Made by a program: the position numbers and the translations under genes. The notes beneath the pieces are model-generated. The model saw only the letters and a list, made by a program, of their open reading frames with translations. It did no database searches and was not told the origin of the DNA. Positions 52,258 through 63,356 of a DNA stretch of 64,000 nucleotides are shown piece after piece; within the stretch, counting starts at the first letter, position 1, and each line of letters opens with the position of its first letter. The DNA comes from Octopus bimaculoides (taxonomy: Eukaryota): assembly GCF_001194135.2 (NCBI RefSeq), contig NC_068992.1:52117551-52181550 (forward strand), written 5' to 3'.

Positions 52258-52480
52258 ATGTGTGTGTTTGTGTGTCTATGTTTGTCCCCCCCCCCCCAAC
52301 ATCGCTTGACAACAGATGCTGGTGTGTTTACGTCACTGTAACTTAGCAGTTTGGCAAAAGAGACCAATAGAATAAGTACTAGGCTTTCCAAAGAATAAGT
52401 CCTGGGGTCGATTTGCTCGACTAAAGGTGGCGCTGCAGCATGGCCGCAGTCAAATGACTGAAACAAGTTAAAGAGTAAAG
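52050..52480 (+). mobile_element. Full-length SINE family A (well-preserved copy)
   Basis: GGCGCAGGAGTGGCTGTGTGGTAAG (A box), GGGTTCAGTCAC (B box), CORE-like GGCACCTTGGGCAAGTG, internal microsatellite, 3' CAAATGACTGAAACAAGTTAAAGAGTA. Confidence 0.93.
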
Positions 52481-52599
52481 GGTATATGTTTTAAATTTCT
52501 AATTTGAATATAAATAGCTAAATAACTGAAACCCTTGAAGTGTATCAATAATTCTTGAAAGTTGAAGTATTTTCTGGTTTTGAAGTGAAATTCCAGTGG

Positions 52600-53120
52600 T
52601 TAAGTTATGTTAAGGATGTACTTTTCACCAGGACAGACCATTAGTGATAAAGGGACCCAATATCTGAAGTGATCTTGAGGAGTTTAACTGCATGCTGCTC
52701 ATATTTCAGAAAGTGTCATGCAATGATGTATCATTGTATGTGTAGCTCTAATGTTTTGTTGCCATTGGATGAAATGCCATAGGTACATCCTCACTGAGGG
52801 ATGTTTTTGATGTCTCTGTTTATGGAATTAGTGTAGAGTCGCATGTATTGTCTAGACCGCCTGGAGATGGTGCATGTTTGGGAAAGGTAAGGATAAAATG
52901 AAGGCTTGAATCATTATCTTTGTAAGATCGAGTGTTGTTCGACATGATGATAAATAAGTTATTTATGTTCTGAAGGAAAAGACTGTGGAAAGAATTAAAC
53001 CCTGAAGCATAGCAGAACTGATAGGAAAAGGAGCAGAAAGAGCTTCTTCAATGCATACTGTCATACCATAAGCTAATACCGTCTGAGAAGAACATACCTA
53101 TCCAAGACACAAGAAATGAG
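52600..53120 (-). mobile_element. Highly decayed CR1/L2-like reverse-transcriptase remnant
   Basis: Minus strand LSAPFPISSAMLQGLILSTVF (PQG motif region) and INNLFIIMSNNTRSYKDNDSSLHF (YADD region) occur in the expected order and spacing. Confidence 0.55.
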
Positions 53121-53226
53121 TGGAGCCTTTTGGGGGGCAGTTTTGATAAAAAAATATATATGATATATGATATCTACCAGCATCTACTTCTCATCCCCAC
53201 CTCTCTCTCTCTCACTCTCACTCACT

Positions 53227-53310
<84 letters not shown>

Positions 53311-53569
53311 CTCTCTGCTCTTTTTTCTATCAAGATCTCTTCTCTACTGCTTCCTTGCCTCCTCAATACCTCATCACCCTTATTTTTCATCCTCTGATCT
53401 TCCTATATGACTCTGCCAGACCTCTCTTTCTGTCAATGTCTCACCCGGGATTTCTCTCCACCCTAATCTATTGTTCCCATCTTGTCCTCTTTCTCTCAAA
53501 ACCACTGACCATACTTGGCCCTTGTAATTTTAGAAAGCCCTAGAAACTTTCTCGCACACAGTGCTCCCT

Positions 53570-53742
53570 TTCACATTTTCAAGCCCTCTCAGGAGCCACG
53601 AGGCAGGCATCATCGGGCGTCGCCATTCCCATTGCAGTAGCGCATCCACCTCCTGGTCGTTTTGGCCTGCACGGTTCCTCCGAGGGTGCTCTTCACCGAG
53701 TGTCCGAAGCGGCCAGTATGTTCACATTTTCAAACCCCTCTC
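53570..53742. other. 130-bp GC/CpG-rich insert between ~21-bp direct repeats
   Basis: TTCACATTTTCAAGCCCTCTC (53570-53590) and TTCACATTTTCAAACCCCTCTC (53721-53742) flank 53591-53720. Confidence 0.7.
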
Positions 53743-53964
53743 TTTTTCTCAACCTCATCACTAATCTTTCCCTCTCCTCTGTTCCCTGTTGTACTTGACC
53801 ATCCTCCCTTCTATTTACTATTTTTTCATATTGCCATCTGGGACCATTGTCCACTCTTTTTTCTGTTTTTTTCTCAGTTTTTGGGGCCAGTTTATGACAT
53901 TAGTCGTGCAAAATACAAGCCCATCATCACCAGCCAGAAAAAAAAAAGCCTCCAGTACATTCTG

Positions 53965-54105
53965 TAATTTGGTTGGTATTAAGAAGAGCATCCAGTCATA
54001 GAAAATATGGTAGACATTGGAGAATGATGCAGTCGTCTAACCTGTCAGACTCTGTCAAAGAGACCAATCCATACTGGCGAAGAAGCCAGATGTTTAATGA
54101 TGATA

Positions 54106-54136
<31 letters not shown>

Positions 54137-54180
54137 CGACGACAATGACGACGACAATGACGACGACAATGGTGATGTTT
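53965..54180 (+). mobile_element. Family D element with expanded (GAT/GAC)n tail
   Basis: TTGGTATTAAGAAGAGCATCCAGTCATAGAAA...CCATACTGGCGAAGAAGCCAGATGTTTAATGATGAT. Confidence 0.7.
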
Positions 54181-55182
54181 AAATGTGTACAAAATGACAC
54201 AAGACTTAGATGAAATTACATCAAGAAGATTCTTAAACAAAAATTTTGATGAGATGGAGGGTTGGAGGTGAAAATACCCGCTTAAATGAAATAGTGATAG
54301 GTTTAATTCATTAGATTACTAAGATTAGATAGCATAAATGTTATCTTGGATTTCCTTCTTTCCGTAACCAAATACATTAGTACTCTTTGTATTTTGTGAT
54401 AGATTACGAAACTACATATCAGTAAATTAAGTATTTATTCAGTTATTTTATAACAGCCATTCTATTATTATTGCTGATGTTATTGTTATTGTATTAAACC
54501 ACTAATCTATACCAACTGGGTAATAAAAAAAAATTAGAAAGAAAATAATAATGAAATTGTTATATTTGTATTAAGATGCACTTGTGTTGAAATATAAAAC
54601 TGAAAGTGTCTAGCATTTTATGAAAGCGATGCTAATACAAGATGTATATGTTAGGAAATATATACACTGGAAACTTTAAATAAGAGAGAAGACAGATTTC
54701 TAAGCTGAAAGAAACTTTATGGACAATGTTAGGCTCGGATTACAAGGTTAAATTTTTAAAATAATTACTTTTAACATGAAAGTTTGGAATATGTCAAGAC
54801 TAGTAATTCTACAGTACATTGGCAAACTTGATACATAAGATAAAAATCATTAATCTTAACTGATAACAACAATTCTCTTAATATTGGCATTAGAAGTAGA
54901 AGAATTTCATCGACTTCTTTATCAATCACACAAGTCTTCCTAATCTGGCAAGTGTACTTTCATAAGAGATTTTCTCAGTGATAGTGTGTGCAGATGTTGT
55001 GCTAAAGTAGAGCTATAAATGATATAATTGTATAAGAATGAAGCCGAATAGATATGTTGTCTTACTGTAATAAACTGAAATAGCTACCGATTTATCTATT
55101 TCAATATTCAATAACACAGAAATCAATTTCAGAAAAGTAGCTTTTCACATATTGCTTTAAAGGTAGAAAACAATGTACTTAC

Positions 55183-55305
55183 CATATCTATTCTGAAGAG
55201 ATAGAGGATGGGGTGAGCAAGTGGGCATTATCATCAGTTTTGTGTTTGGTTTTAGAATTGTCATAGAAACATTTTTCATCAAATTCCAGACTACATACAG
55301 CAAAC
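55183..55305 (-). CDS. Best candidate exon, 123 nt; reading frame uncertain
   Basis: Very strong acceptor TTTTTGTTTTTCTTTTTTCAG and consensus donor ATG|GTAAGT; length divisible by 3. The phase-1 frame is open (LLYVVWNLMKNVSMTILKPNTKLMIMPTCSPHPLSLQNRY); another frame reads FAVCSLEFDEKCFYDNSKTKHKTDDNAHLLTPSSISSE-stop. Confidence 0.45.
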
Positions 55306-56019
55306 CTGAAAAAAGAAAAACAAAAACCATAGAAGTAAACGTCGAGAAGACAATGACAAGATAAAATAATTATTATTAGACAAAAACTAAACCATTTGGA
55401 TTCTAAGAAACTAAGTGATATCAATCTTCTGTTTGCATATTAGCTCTGAAATCTTGATATCAATCTGTAAGCTGAAGTCATTTTTATTGATTAATGTGCA
55501 TTTTTTTTATATCACTTTAATGTAAAATAAGCTTTCTAGTTGAACAAAAAAAAAGTACTTTATTTAATATGTCTACATAAAGGATATGTGATAAGAGTTC
55601 ACGAAATGTGTGAAGCCTACATTTTATTAATAAAGTTTCGTTTTGAAATGAAAAATTCCCAAAAAGGTACATGTGTGTATATGTGTGTGTGCACACACGC
55701 TTGTGTGTGTGTGTATGTGCGTGTTTGTGTGTGTGTTTGCGTGTCTGTGTTTGTGTATGTGTTTGTGTGTATGTGTGTATTAAATTAAGCTATTTAGTAA
55801 TTTGAAAAGAAATGATAAAGGAAACATTAGAACACTATAAACAATCTTTTGAGTCTTCAGCTGCCAAAGGAAGGCAAAATAATTTATAATTCTATTTAAC
55901 AAAGATTCTTTTGTATTATCTTTTTTTATGTCTTTTATTTAAAAAAAAAACTACCAAGTCAAATAAGAGATTTATCTGAAATTACTGTTAAAAATGTACA
56001 GTATACTAAAACAATAATA

Positions 56020-57035
56020 TTTGTTTCCACTCTAGGCACAAAGCCTGAAATGTTGGGGGAGGGGGCCAGTCAATTAGATGAACCTCAGTATGCAACTGGT
56101 ACTTAATTTATCGACTCCAAAAGGATGAAATGCAAAGTCAACCTCGGCAGAATTTGAACTCAGAACATAAAGAAGCAAAATACTGCTCGGCATTTCGCCC
56201 GGCGTGCTAACGTTTCTGCCAGCTTACCAGCTTATTCATTTCTACTCTAGGCACAAGGTCCGAAATTTGGGGGGAGGGGGCCAGTCAATTAGATCGATCC
56301 CAGTATACAACTGGTACATAATTTATCGACTCCAAAAGGATGAAAGGCAAAGTCTAGAAGAATATTTCCTAAAGAAGGAATTTAACACTGAAATAAAAAA
56401 AACGCAAGATAAAAGTACAAACCATCAATTTGTGTTATTTCTTTAAATTAAGGCTGAATCATTAGAATGCTGGGTAAAATGCTCAGCAATATTTTGGTTA
56501 TCCTTATGTTCAGAGTTTAAATTCTGCTGTGGTTGATAAAACAAAATAAGCACCAATTGAACATTGGGGCTGATGTAATGGATTTATTCCATCCCAAAAT
56601 TGCTGGCCTTGTATCAAGATTTGAAGCTAATATTTGTACACATAAGGTTGTGTGCTGGCAGAATTGTTAACACCTTAAGCAAAATGCTTAGCAGTATTTT
56701 ATCCATCTTTATATTCTGAGTTCAAATTTCGCCAAGATCAACTTTGCTGTTCATTCTTTTGGGATCGATAAAATAAAGGATTTCAACTTAATAAAGAGCT
56801 TGTTGCTGTAAATCAATTTTATATAACAGGCGGTGAGCTGGCAGAAATGTTAGCACACCGGGTGAAATGCTTAGCTGTATTTCGTCTATCTTTACGTTCT
56901 TAGTTCAAATTCCACCAAGATATACATTCCCATTCATCCTTTCAGGGTTGATAAATTAAGTACCAGTTGCGTACTGGAGTCGATCTAATTGGCTGGCCCC
57001 ACCCCAAAAATTTGTGTCTAGAGTAGAAAAGAAAT
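56020..57035. mobile_element. Cluster of five SINE family C copies (two minus, three plus)
   Basis: Minus 56020-56232 and 56236-56356; plus 56452-56630, 56645-56780 and 56826-57035. All share CTGAGTTCAAAT / TCATCCTTT..GG.TCGATAAA.TAAGTACCAG in whole or part. Confidence 0.88.
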
Positions 57036-57332
57036 CTATTTTACATGTAAGAAGAAAAATAATCCCATCATAGTTAACAGTCAAATACCTAAGGGATACA
57101 TGTAGACGTGCAGCAATAAGAAATACACAATATATGTGAAGATGACTAGCTAATGACTTGAACTGATAAGTTGGTTTATCTCTTGTGTAACACACAAATT
57201 TAACACAAAATGAGCAACAGAGCAGCATCGTTGTAATGCATAGCTTTGTGGTCAAGTAGTTTGTTTTATAACTCTTTCATTTCAATTTTAGTTCCATTCC
57301 ACAGCAATTTGTGTAAGAATATGTACATATGT

Positions 57333-57490
57333 GGAGGCACGTGGCTTAGTGGTTAGGGTGTCAGCATCATGATCGTAAGATTATGGTTTCGATTCCTGGA
57401 CTGGGCGCCGCGTTGTGTTCTTGAGCAAAACACTTCATTTCACGTTGCTCCAGTCCACTCAGCTGGCAAAAATGAGTAATGCTGTGAGGG
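57333..57490 (+). mobile_element. SINE family B with intact tRNA-like head
   Basis: A box TGGCTTAGTGG, B box GTTTCGATTCC, core GTGTTCTTGAGCAAAACACTTCATTTCACGTTGCTCCAGTCCACTCAGCTGG. Confidence 0.9.
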
Positions 57491-59070
57491 ACTGACTGAT
57501 GCAAGCATAGAAACGTGGGTGTTAAATAATGATGATGATGGTGGTGGTGGTGGTGGTGGTGATGGTGGTAAGTGTGGTGACGATGACGACAATTACAACA
57601 TTAACAACAATGACGATAATGAATTGCAATGATGTTTACACAGTTATCCTGTTGTGCCGTTATGCATAATATTATATAATACACTTTCTTGTGCATTGTC
57701 AATCCTAGTTTACAGTTGAAGTGATCAAAAGCAGAATTACCAAATAACTGCAAATCATAAGCTCTAGCATAATGAAAAATTTTAATGTGATATACAGAAA
57801 AAAATGTAGAAAATAAAGCAAAAAATGCACATATCACATTTGTGAGATGTTGGTGATACGAAAATTATTTAATGACAAACAAAGAGATAGTCTGAACTGT
57901 CAGTACAGACCAATGCAATAGCACACATCGCAGAAAATTTGGACAAGAAATTTTAATGATTAAAATTGAGGTGATTTATTTATTTAAATCAACACTAAAA
58001 TATGTTATTATGACAGAAAATTTATGTGAAATTACATATTCTGATGAAAATCTTAAGAGTTTGAAAATATCTCTTTGAAAATATAGTTGAAATAACAAAG
58101 AAAATATTTTATGATGGCTATCAAAGCAAATTAAAGTTTCATCATCTATCACGAAAAACAAAAATATTTATTACAACAATTAGGAATTTTTATTACATAA
58201 TTTAGTCTAACAGACAAAATCTTATTTATTACATGAGCCAAGAAATTTTATTATATTTCTTAATCTCAAAGACAAAATCTAACTACAGCAAATGGGAAAT
58301 TCTTTTTTATAATATTGTTTTGCTTGGTGTGATGTTATCAATTTATCTCGCACTAAGTTGTCTTAGATTAAAATAAATAAAAGAAAAACAAATTCCAACA
58401 TCTATTTAGGCAGAATATATCAGAGATTTGTAAGAGAACTTGACCTCCTCAACCACTGATGCCAAACTGTGCAATAAATCTACCCTATTGCAAAAGTTTA
58501 TCATTTTAGTGTCTAGATTATAGTCGTCAGTTTATGGGGTCATCATAGAACTCAACCTTTTCCGAATAGAAAAATTTACAGCTAAAGAAAATCACAAAAC
58601 AATGCCATGAAACAATTGAGCAACTTTGCAATATTAAGCTCAAATCAAAACTACTAAGAAGTTATAATTGATTTCAGAATAACTCCTGAACAGCAATATA
58701 TTTCTAAGGGAAATGAGCTTTTTATAAAGTACAAACAGTAAAGACATTTTACATTAAATAATAGAAAAGTTTTATACAACATGAATTATTCTCTAAAGGT
58801 GACAATAATATTGATTTCTGCAAATTATCGTTTGAGTAACAAATGGCACCAATAAATGTTTAATCCTGTATGTCTATGTGTGCATGTGTGTAATGATAAA
58901 AAGTTACTTTTAATAAGTTCAAGATTTGGAAATGTTCTTGGGTCTGTATCATAACAACCATTGATTGAAAGAAAATTTGGTCAAGCATTTAATCAATATA
59001 TCTATGTGGTTGTATACATATATGCGTATATTTATGTCTTGGTATGTTTCTATGTGTGTATGACTGTGTT

Positions 59071-59118
<48 letters not shown>

Positions 59119-59483
59119 CAACAAACTTTGTGCCCCTATCTCGTTGGCTGGTTTCCCTCTTTCTGTCATGCTGTAGGAACGGGGAAGGAGAAAAGTAGCA
59201 GCAAAGAAATAACAGAGAAAGAAATCATTATAAAGAAATGGAATTAGATAGCATGAAAGAGTGAGAGTGAAAGAGAGAGGGAAGAGAGAGTAGTCAATTA
59301 AGAAAACACATAAAACAGGTAGTCAAGTGAATTGAAAGTGAAGGCTAGAGACAAATGAAAGAAAGAGGAATTGAAGGAACAGATTGTATGATTAAAAGAA
59401 GTGGAAAGAAGAAAGAAAGTAGAACCCTGAAATACAGAGGGGGATTTACAAGAAAACATGATAAAATATATACTACATATACA

Positions 59484-59537
<54 letters not shown>

Positions 59538-59544
59538 CTCTGTG

Positions 59545-59690
59545 TCACGCTGAATATCCCCGAGAACTACGTTAAGGGTCTCATGTCTGTGGAGTGCTCA
59601 GCCTCTTGCACGTTAATTTCACGAGCACGCTGTTCCATTGATCGGATCAACTGGAACTCTCGACGTCATAAGCGATGGAGTGCCAACAAC
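59545..59690 (+). mobile_element. SINE family B tail (type 2) only
   Basis: Aligns with 180-318 (GTTAAGGGT...TGTCTGTGGAGT.CTCAGCC.CTTGCACGTTAATTTC). Confidence 0.8.
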
Positions 59691-60467
59691 ATATGTATTT
59701 TATAGATGGTTAGGGTAAATTCCAGCTGTTTCCTCTTGAAGCATGTCTGCTTATTCTATTATTACAATCCAATATGTGATCACAGTTGCTGTTATGTGTT
59801 AGTCAAAATACATATTAAAATTGAGAATTAGGAAAATATTATTTGCCAAATTATTGTGCATGTGTGTGTGTGTGTGTTTATATATATGCATGCATATGTA
59901 TAAGAGGTCCGTGAATGAGAAAGTCTGCAGTTAGCTATTTCAGAGGAGCAGGTACCATAATAGAATTGGCAGAAGATGCAGAGAAGAAACATTATGTCTA
60001 TAAATTTGATGGCTGAAATGTAATGATTGTTTAAATGTTTGGCAATTAGTTCGGTGAGCTACATCACAATTTAATGTAGTGTGTCCATGTGTATAGCAGT
60101 ACCACAATCAATCAGATAAGCTTTGTGAAAGGTTAGCAACGGATCAGGGATGGAATATTTATTAGCACTCATTCAATAAGAATTTACTGAGCCAAGCTCA
60201 TTAGCTCACTGTAGCCAATGGAAAATGTCTGTTAAATTGATTCATTTTTTTTTTAATACAAATTTATACCTGAAATGATTTGGCCAGTGATATGAAGGTT
60301 AAGTATTCTTATTATAGCTGTAATTGATGTTTCTCCTGCTAATGTATGATTAATGGAGAAAGTAAAGAAAGCTAGCAACGGTGATATCATTGCTGAAGAT
60401 TTATAATAGCATGTGGAGTGAATTGATAATAACTGCATAATGGAGCAACATTCGTTTATGTGAACGT

Positions 60468-60730
60468 GCAACCTCTGCCACAGACAGGTCAGCTTGGAGG
60501 CCTCCCACCTCATGAGCAGTAGTTGCCTTTGGAAAAGACTGGCAATGGGATCTTGCTGCTGCAAGTGACAGATATCACAGGGCAGCATCCGCGTCAATCC
60601 ATACAGCAGACTATCATTGTGACACTTGTGGGTGTCTGTGTGCTTCAATCTCTTGATTGTAGAGTTACATGCACTCTCATCATTAAGAAAACAAACTTTG
60701 TCATCATCGGACACCAACAGACTATTAACA
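60468..60730 (+). mobile_element. RTE-clade LINE extreme 3' end with C-terminal zinc-finger remnant
   Basis: One frame reads ATSATDRSAWRPPTS*AVVAFGKDWQWDLAAASDRYHRAASASIHTADYHCDTCGCLCASIS*L*SYMHSH, matching the DR.AWR...CxxCGRxCAS..GLxSHxRxH pattern of RTE ORF2 ends. Confidence 0.7.
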
Positions 60731-61204
60731 AGGCATAATGCATTACATACTAAGATTAACAGTTTACAGTAAAAATGTTAAAAGTTACACATTTGAGAGT
60801 AATTTGCATAATTTTTCGAGGGCTTTATGATTCTGCATTTGAGAATAGGTTATTGAGATGTATTTAAGTGATGAAACTAGCATGATGATGTTTAATGTTT
60901 ATTGTGTACTTGGTAAAGTCATAAAATTAATACAAGTTATGGCTATGGAAGTTGACCAGAGCCTAACTGTGCTAACATTGTTTAATATTTTTGTTAATGT
61001 ATATCTACCAACTAAGAAAAAATTACTTAAAACAACTGTCAGTATTAGAGTGATTTTTTTGAATAATAAAATAAAATAAAATTTTGAAAATGGGAGGAAG
61101 GGGGTTAATTTCGATCCCTTTAAGACAAGACCTTTGTGTCATAGAAGCAGGGTTGATCTCAGGTGTGTTGATATGAGTGTTGCAGGTATTACAAATGAGT
61201 TGGT

Positions 61205-61790
61205 AAGATAGTGAGTTGGCAGAATCTTTAGCACACCAGACAAAATGCTTAGCAGCATATTTCTTGTTCTACTTTCTGAGTTAAAATGCCACCAAAGTTG
61301 ACCTTACATTTCATCCTTTTAACATTGATAAAATAATTATGAATTGAACACAGGGATGTTCAGCTTTATGCTCTAAGTTCAGATTTCACTGATGTCAACA
61401 TTACCTTTCACCCCTTTGAAGCCAGTAGAGGCATGTGGCTTAATGGTTAGGGTATTAGAGCCATGATCATAAGACTGGTTTTGATTGCTGGACTGGGTCA
61501 TGCTTTGTGTTCTTGAACAAAGTACTTAATTTCAAGTTGCCCCAGTTCACTCAGCTGTCAGAAATGAGTAATCCTGCAACAGACTCGTATCCCATCCAGG
61601 TGGGGAATATATACACCATGAAACCAGGAAACTGGCTCGTATGAGTTGGCAGGGCTCGAGAAAGTAGCTTTACCTAAAAAGAGGAACACACACATTTGAG
61701 GTCAAGGAAGTAACTTCAAGTTGAACACTGGGATCGATGGAATCGAGTAACCCCTTGCCCTTACGATTTAAGCCTTGTTTCTTTAGTCAA
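61205..61790 (+). mobile_element. Mixed SINE cluster: family C pieces (61205-61420, 61690-61790) around a family B copy (61428-61665, tail type 1)
   Basis: GAGTTGGCAGAATCTTTAGCAC...; GCATGTGGCTTAATGGTTAGGG...GTTCTTGAACAAAGTAC...CCCATCCAGGTGGGGAATATATACACCATG. Confidence 0.75.
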
Positions 61791-62569
61791 AATTTTCATA
61801 ACTAAATTGAAAATTACATACTGCTATTAATATTCTATATTGCGATGGAATTTAGAACCTGCAAAAACTTTGGGTCTGAGTAGAAAGCTGGGTGATTCAA
61901 TGAAGGTACATGGATTTTTGAGTTTAATATTAATTTGTAGTAATTGTTATAATGAAAGGTGATTCACTTGACTCAGATATAATGAAATAAATCTAAAAGC
62001 AAGCATAAAAATTAGAATCACTAATCTGTATATGAGAGGTTAATTTATTTAAGTGTTTGTATATGACTCTGCATGTGGTCTGACAGGATTAAAATTTTTA
62101 ATTTGTTAGGTTAATATAATTTAGTAAAATGTTCAATGTCTGCTGGGAAAATGTATTGTTTTGTTTCAAAACCTCTGCTAATAAGATTATTAAACAAGTC
62201 CATGTATGCCTAACGATAGCCCAAGCAACAGAGGAAGTTAAATTTTTTCAACCAAAACCAATAAATTCTAATGGTTAGTATTTATTGGCTTGCTAAAAAA
62301 ACAAACAGTATTACGCAATTCCAAGTAGGAGATTCCTCTCAAAACCATTTCTTTGGCAATGGTATCATCTTCATCATCTCAACCAAAATCTGCACAAGAA
62401 ACCACATGCAAAGAAATTGTAAATGAGGAATAAAAATTACCGAATTTTTGCAATTGGTTTGCCAACAAAAATAGCAATGCAAGGAAATGTTGAAGAGTCA
62501 TCTAACTTCTAGAAAAATCACCATCACCTTCTTTCCTTCTCCTCACCATCATCATCCTCATCAACCTCA

Positions 62570-62770
62570 CCACCACATAATCATCACCAGCGTCATCATC
62601 GTTGTCATTTAATGACCGGCTTCCATGCTGGCATTGACAGGACAGCGTTTTAACGATCTGACAATTTAAAGAACTGCATTTTACACCAATGACTACTTTT
62701 GTGCGGTTTCTATGGATGGATCTCATTTCAAATGCCATCCACTTTATGGCTTGTGCAGCATGCTGTTTTT
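62570..62770 (-). mobile_element. Degenerate family D element
   Basis: CATCATCGTTGTCATTTAATGACCGGCTTCCATGCTGGCATTG...GGTTTCTATGGATGGAT. Confidence 0.65.
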
Positions 62771-63106
62771 GTTGCACCATCAGTTGTAGTAATCATCTCA
62801 AAGCTTGTAAGGTTAAGGCCTTAAAATGTTCCTGTCACTGAGAGAGAGCAGATGTGATAGTGTGAGGTGATCTTAGTCAGAGGGATGAAGGAAGGTAATT
62901 AATGAGGTAGGGAGGTGATTATATCAAGGAGAGATGAATCTGATCTGTTATAGAGGCTTAAAAAATCTAGTAGCCATAGATACCTTAGACCAAAAATACA
63001 GGCTGATTTTGTTAGATGATATTTACTGGTTGAAATAGGAATAAATATTTTGAGGTATTTCTGATAAATAGTCTTATATCGCTGACAAATATCGTCATTG
63101 TTGCCG

Positions 63107-63153
<47 letters not shown>

Positions 63154-63155
<2 letters not shown>

Positions 63156-63315
63156 CGTAGGAGTGGCTGTGTGGTAAGTAGCTTGCTTACGAATCACATG
63201 GTTCTGGGTTCAGTCCCACTGCATGGCATCTTGGGCAAGTGTCTTCTGCTATAGCCTCAGTCCGGCCAAAGCCTTGTGAGTGGATTTGGTTGACGGAAAC
63301 TGAAAGAAGCCTGTC

Positions 63316-63356
<41 letters not shown>

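Noticed and set aside
57333-57410. tRNA-like sequence with A and B boxes (also the other SINE heads)
   Set aside because: No complete acceptor stem, and it continues directly into the SINE core; a SINE head rather than a tRNA gene.
62300-62390. Minus-strand peptide DDEDDTIAKEMVLRGISYLEL
   Set aside because: The good CAG acceptor upstream gives stops in all frames, and this frame would need an atypical GAG acceptor.
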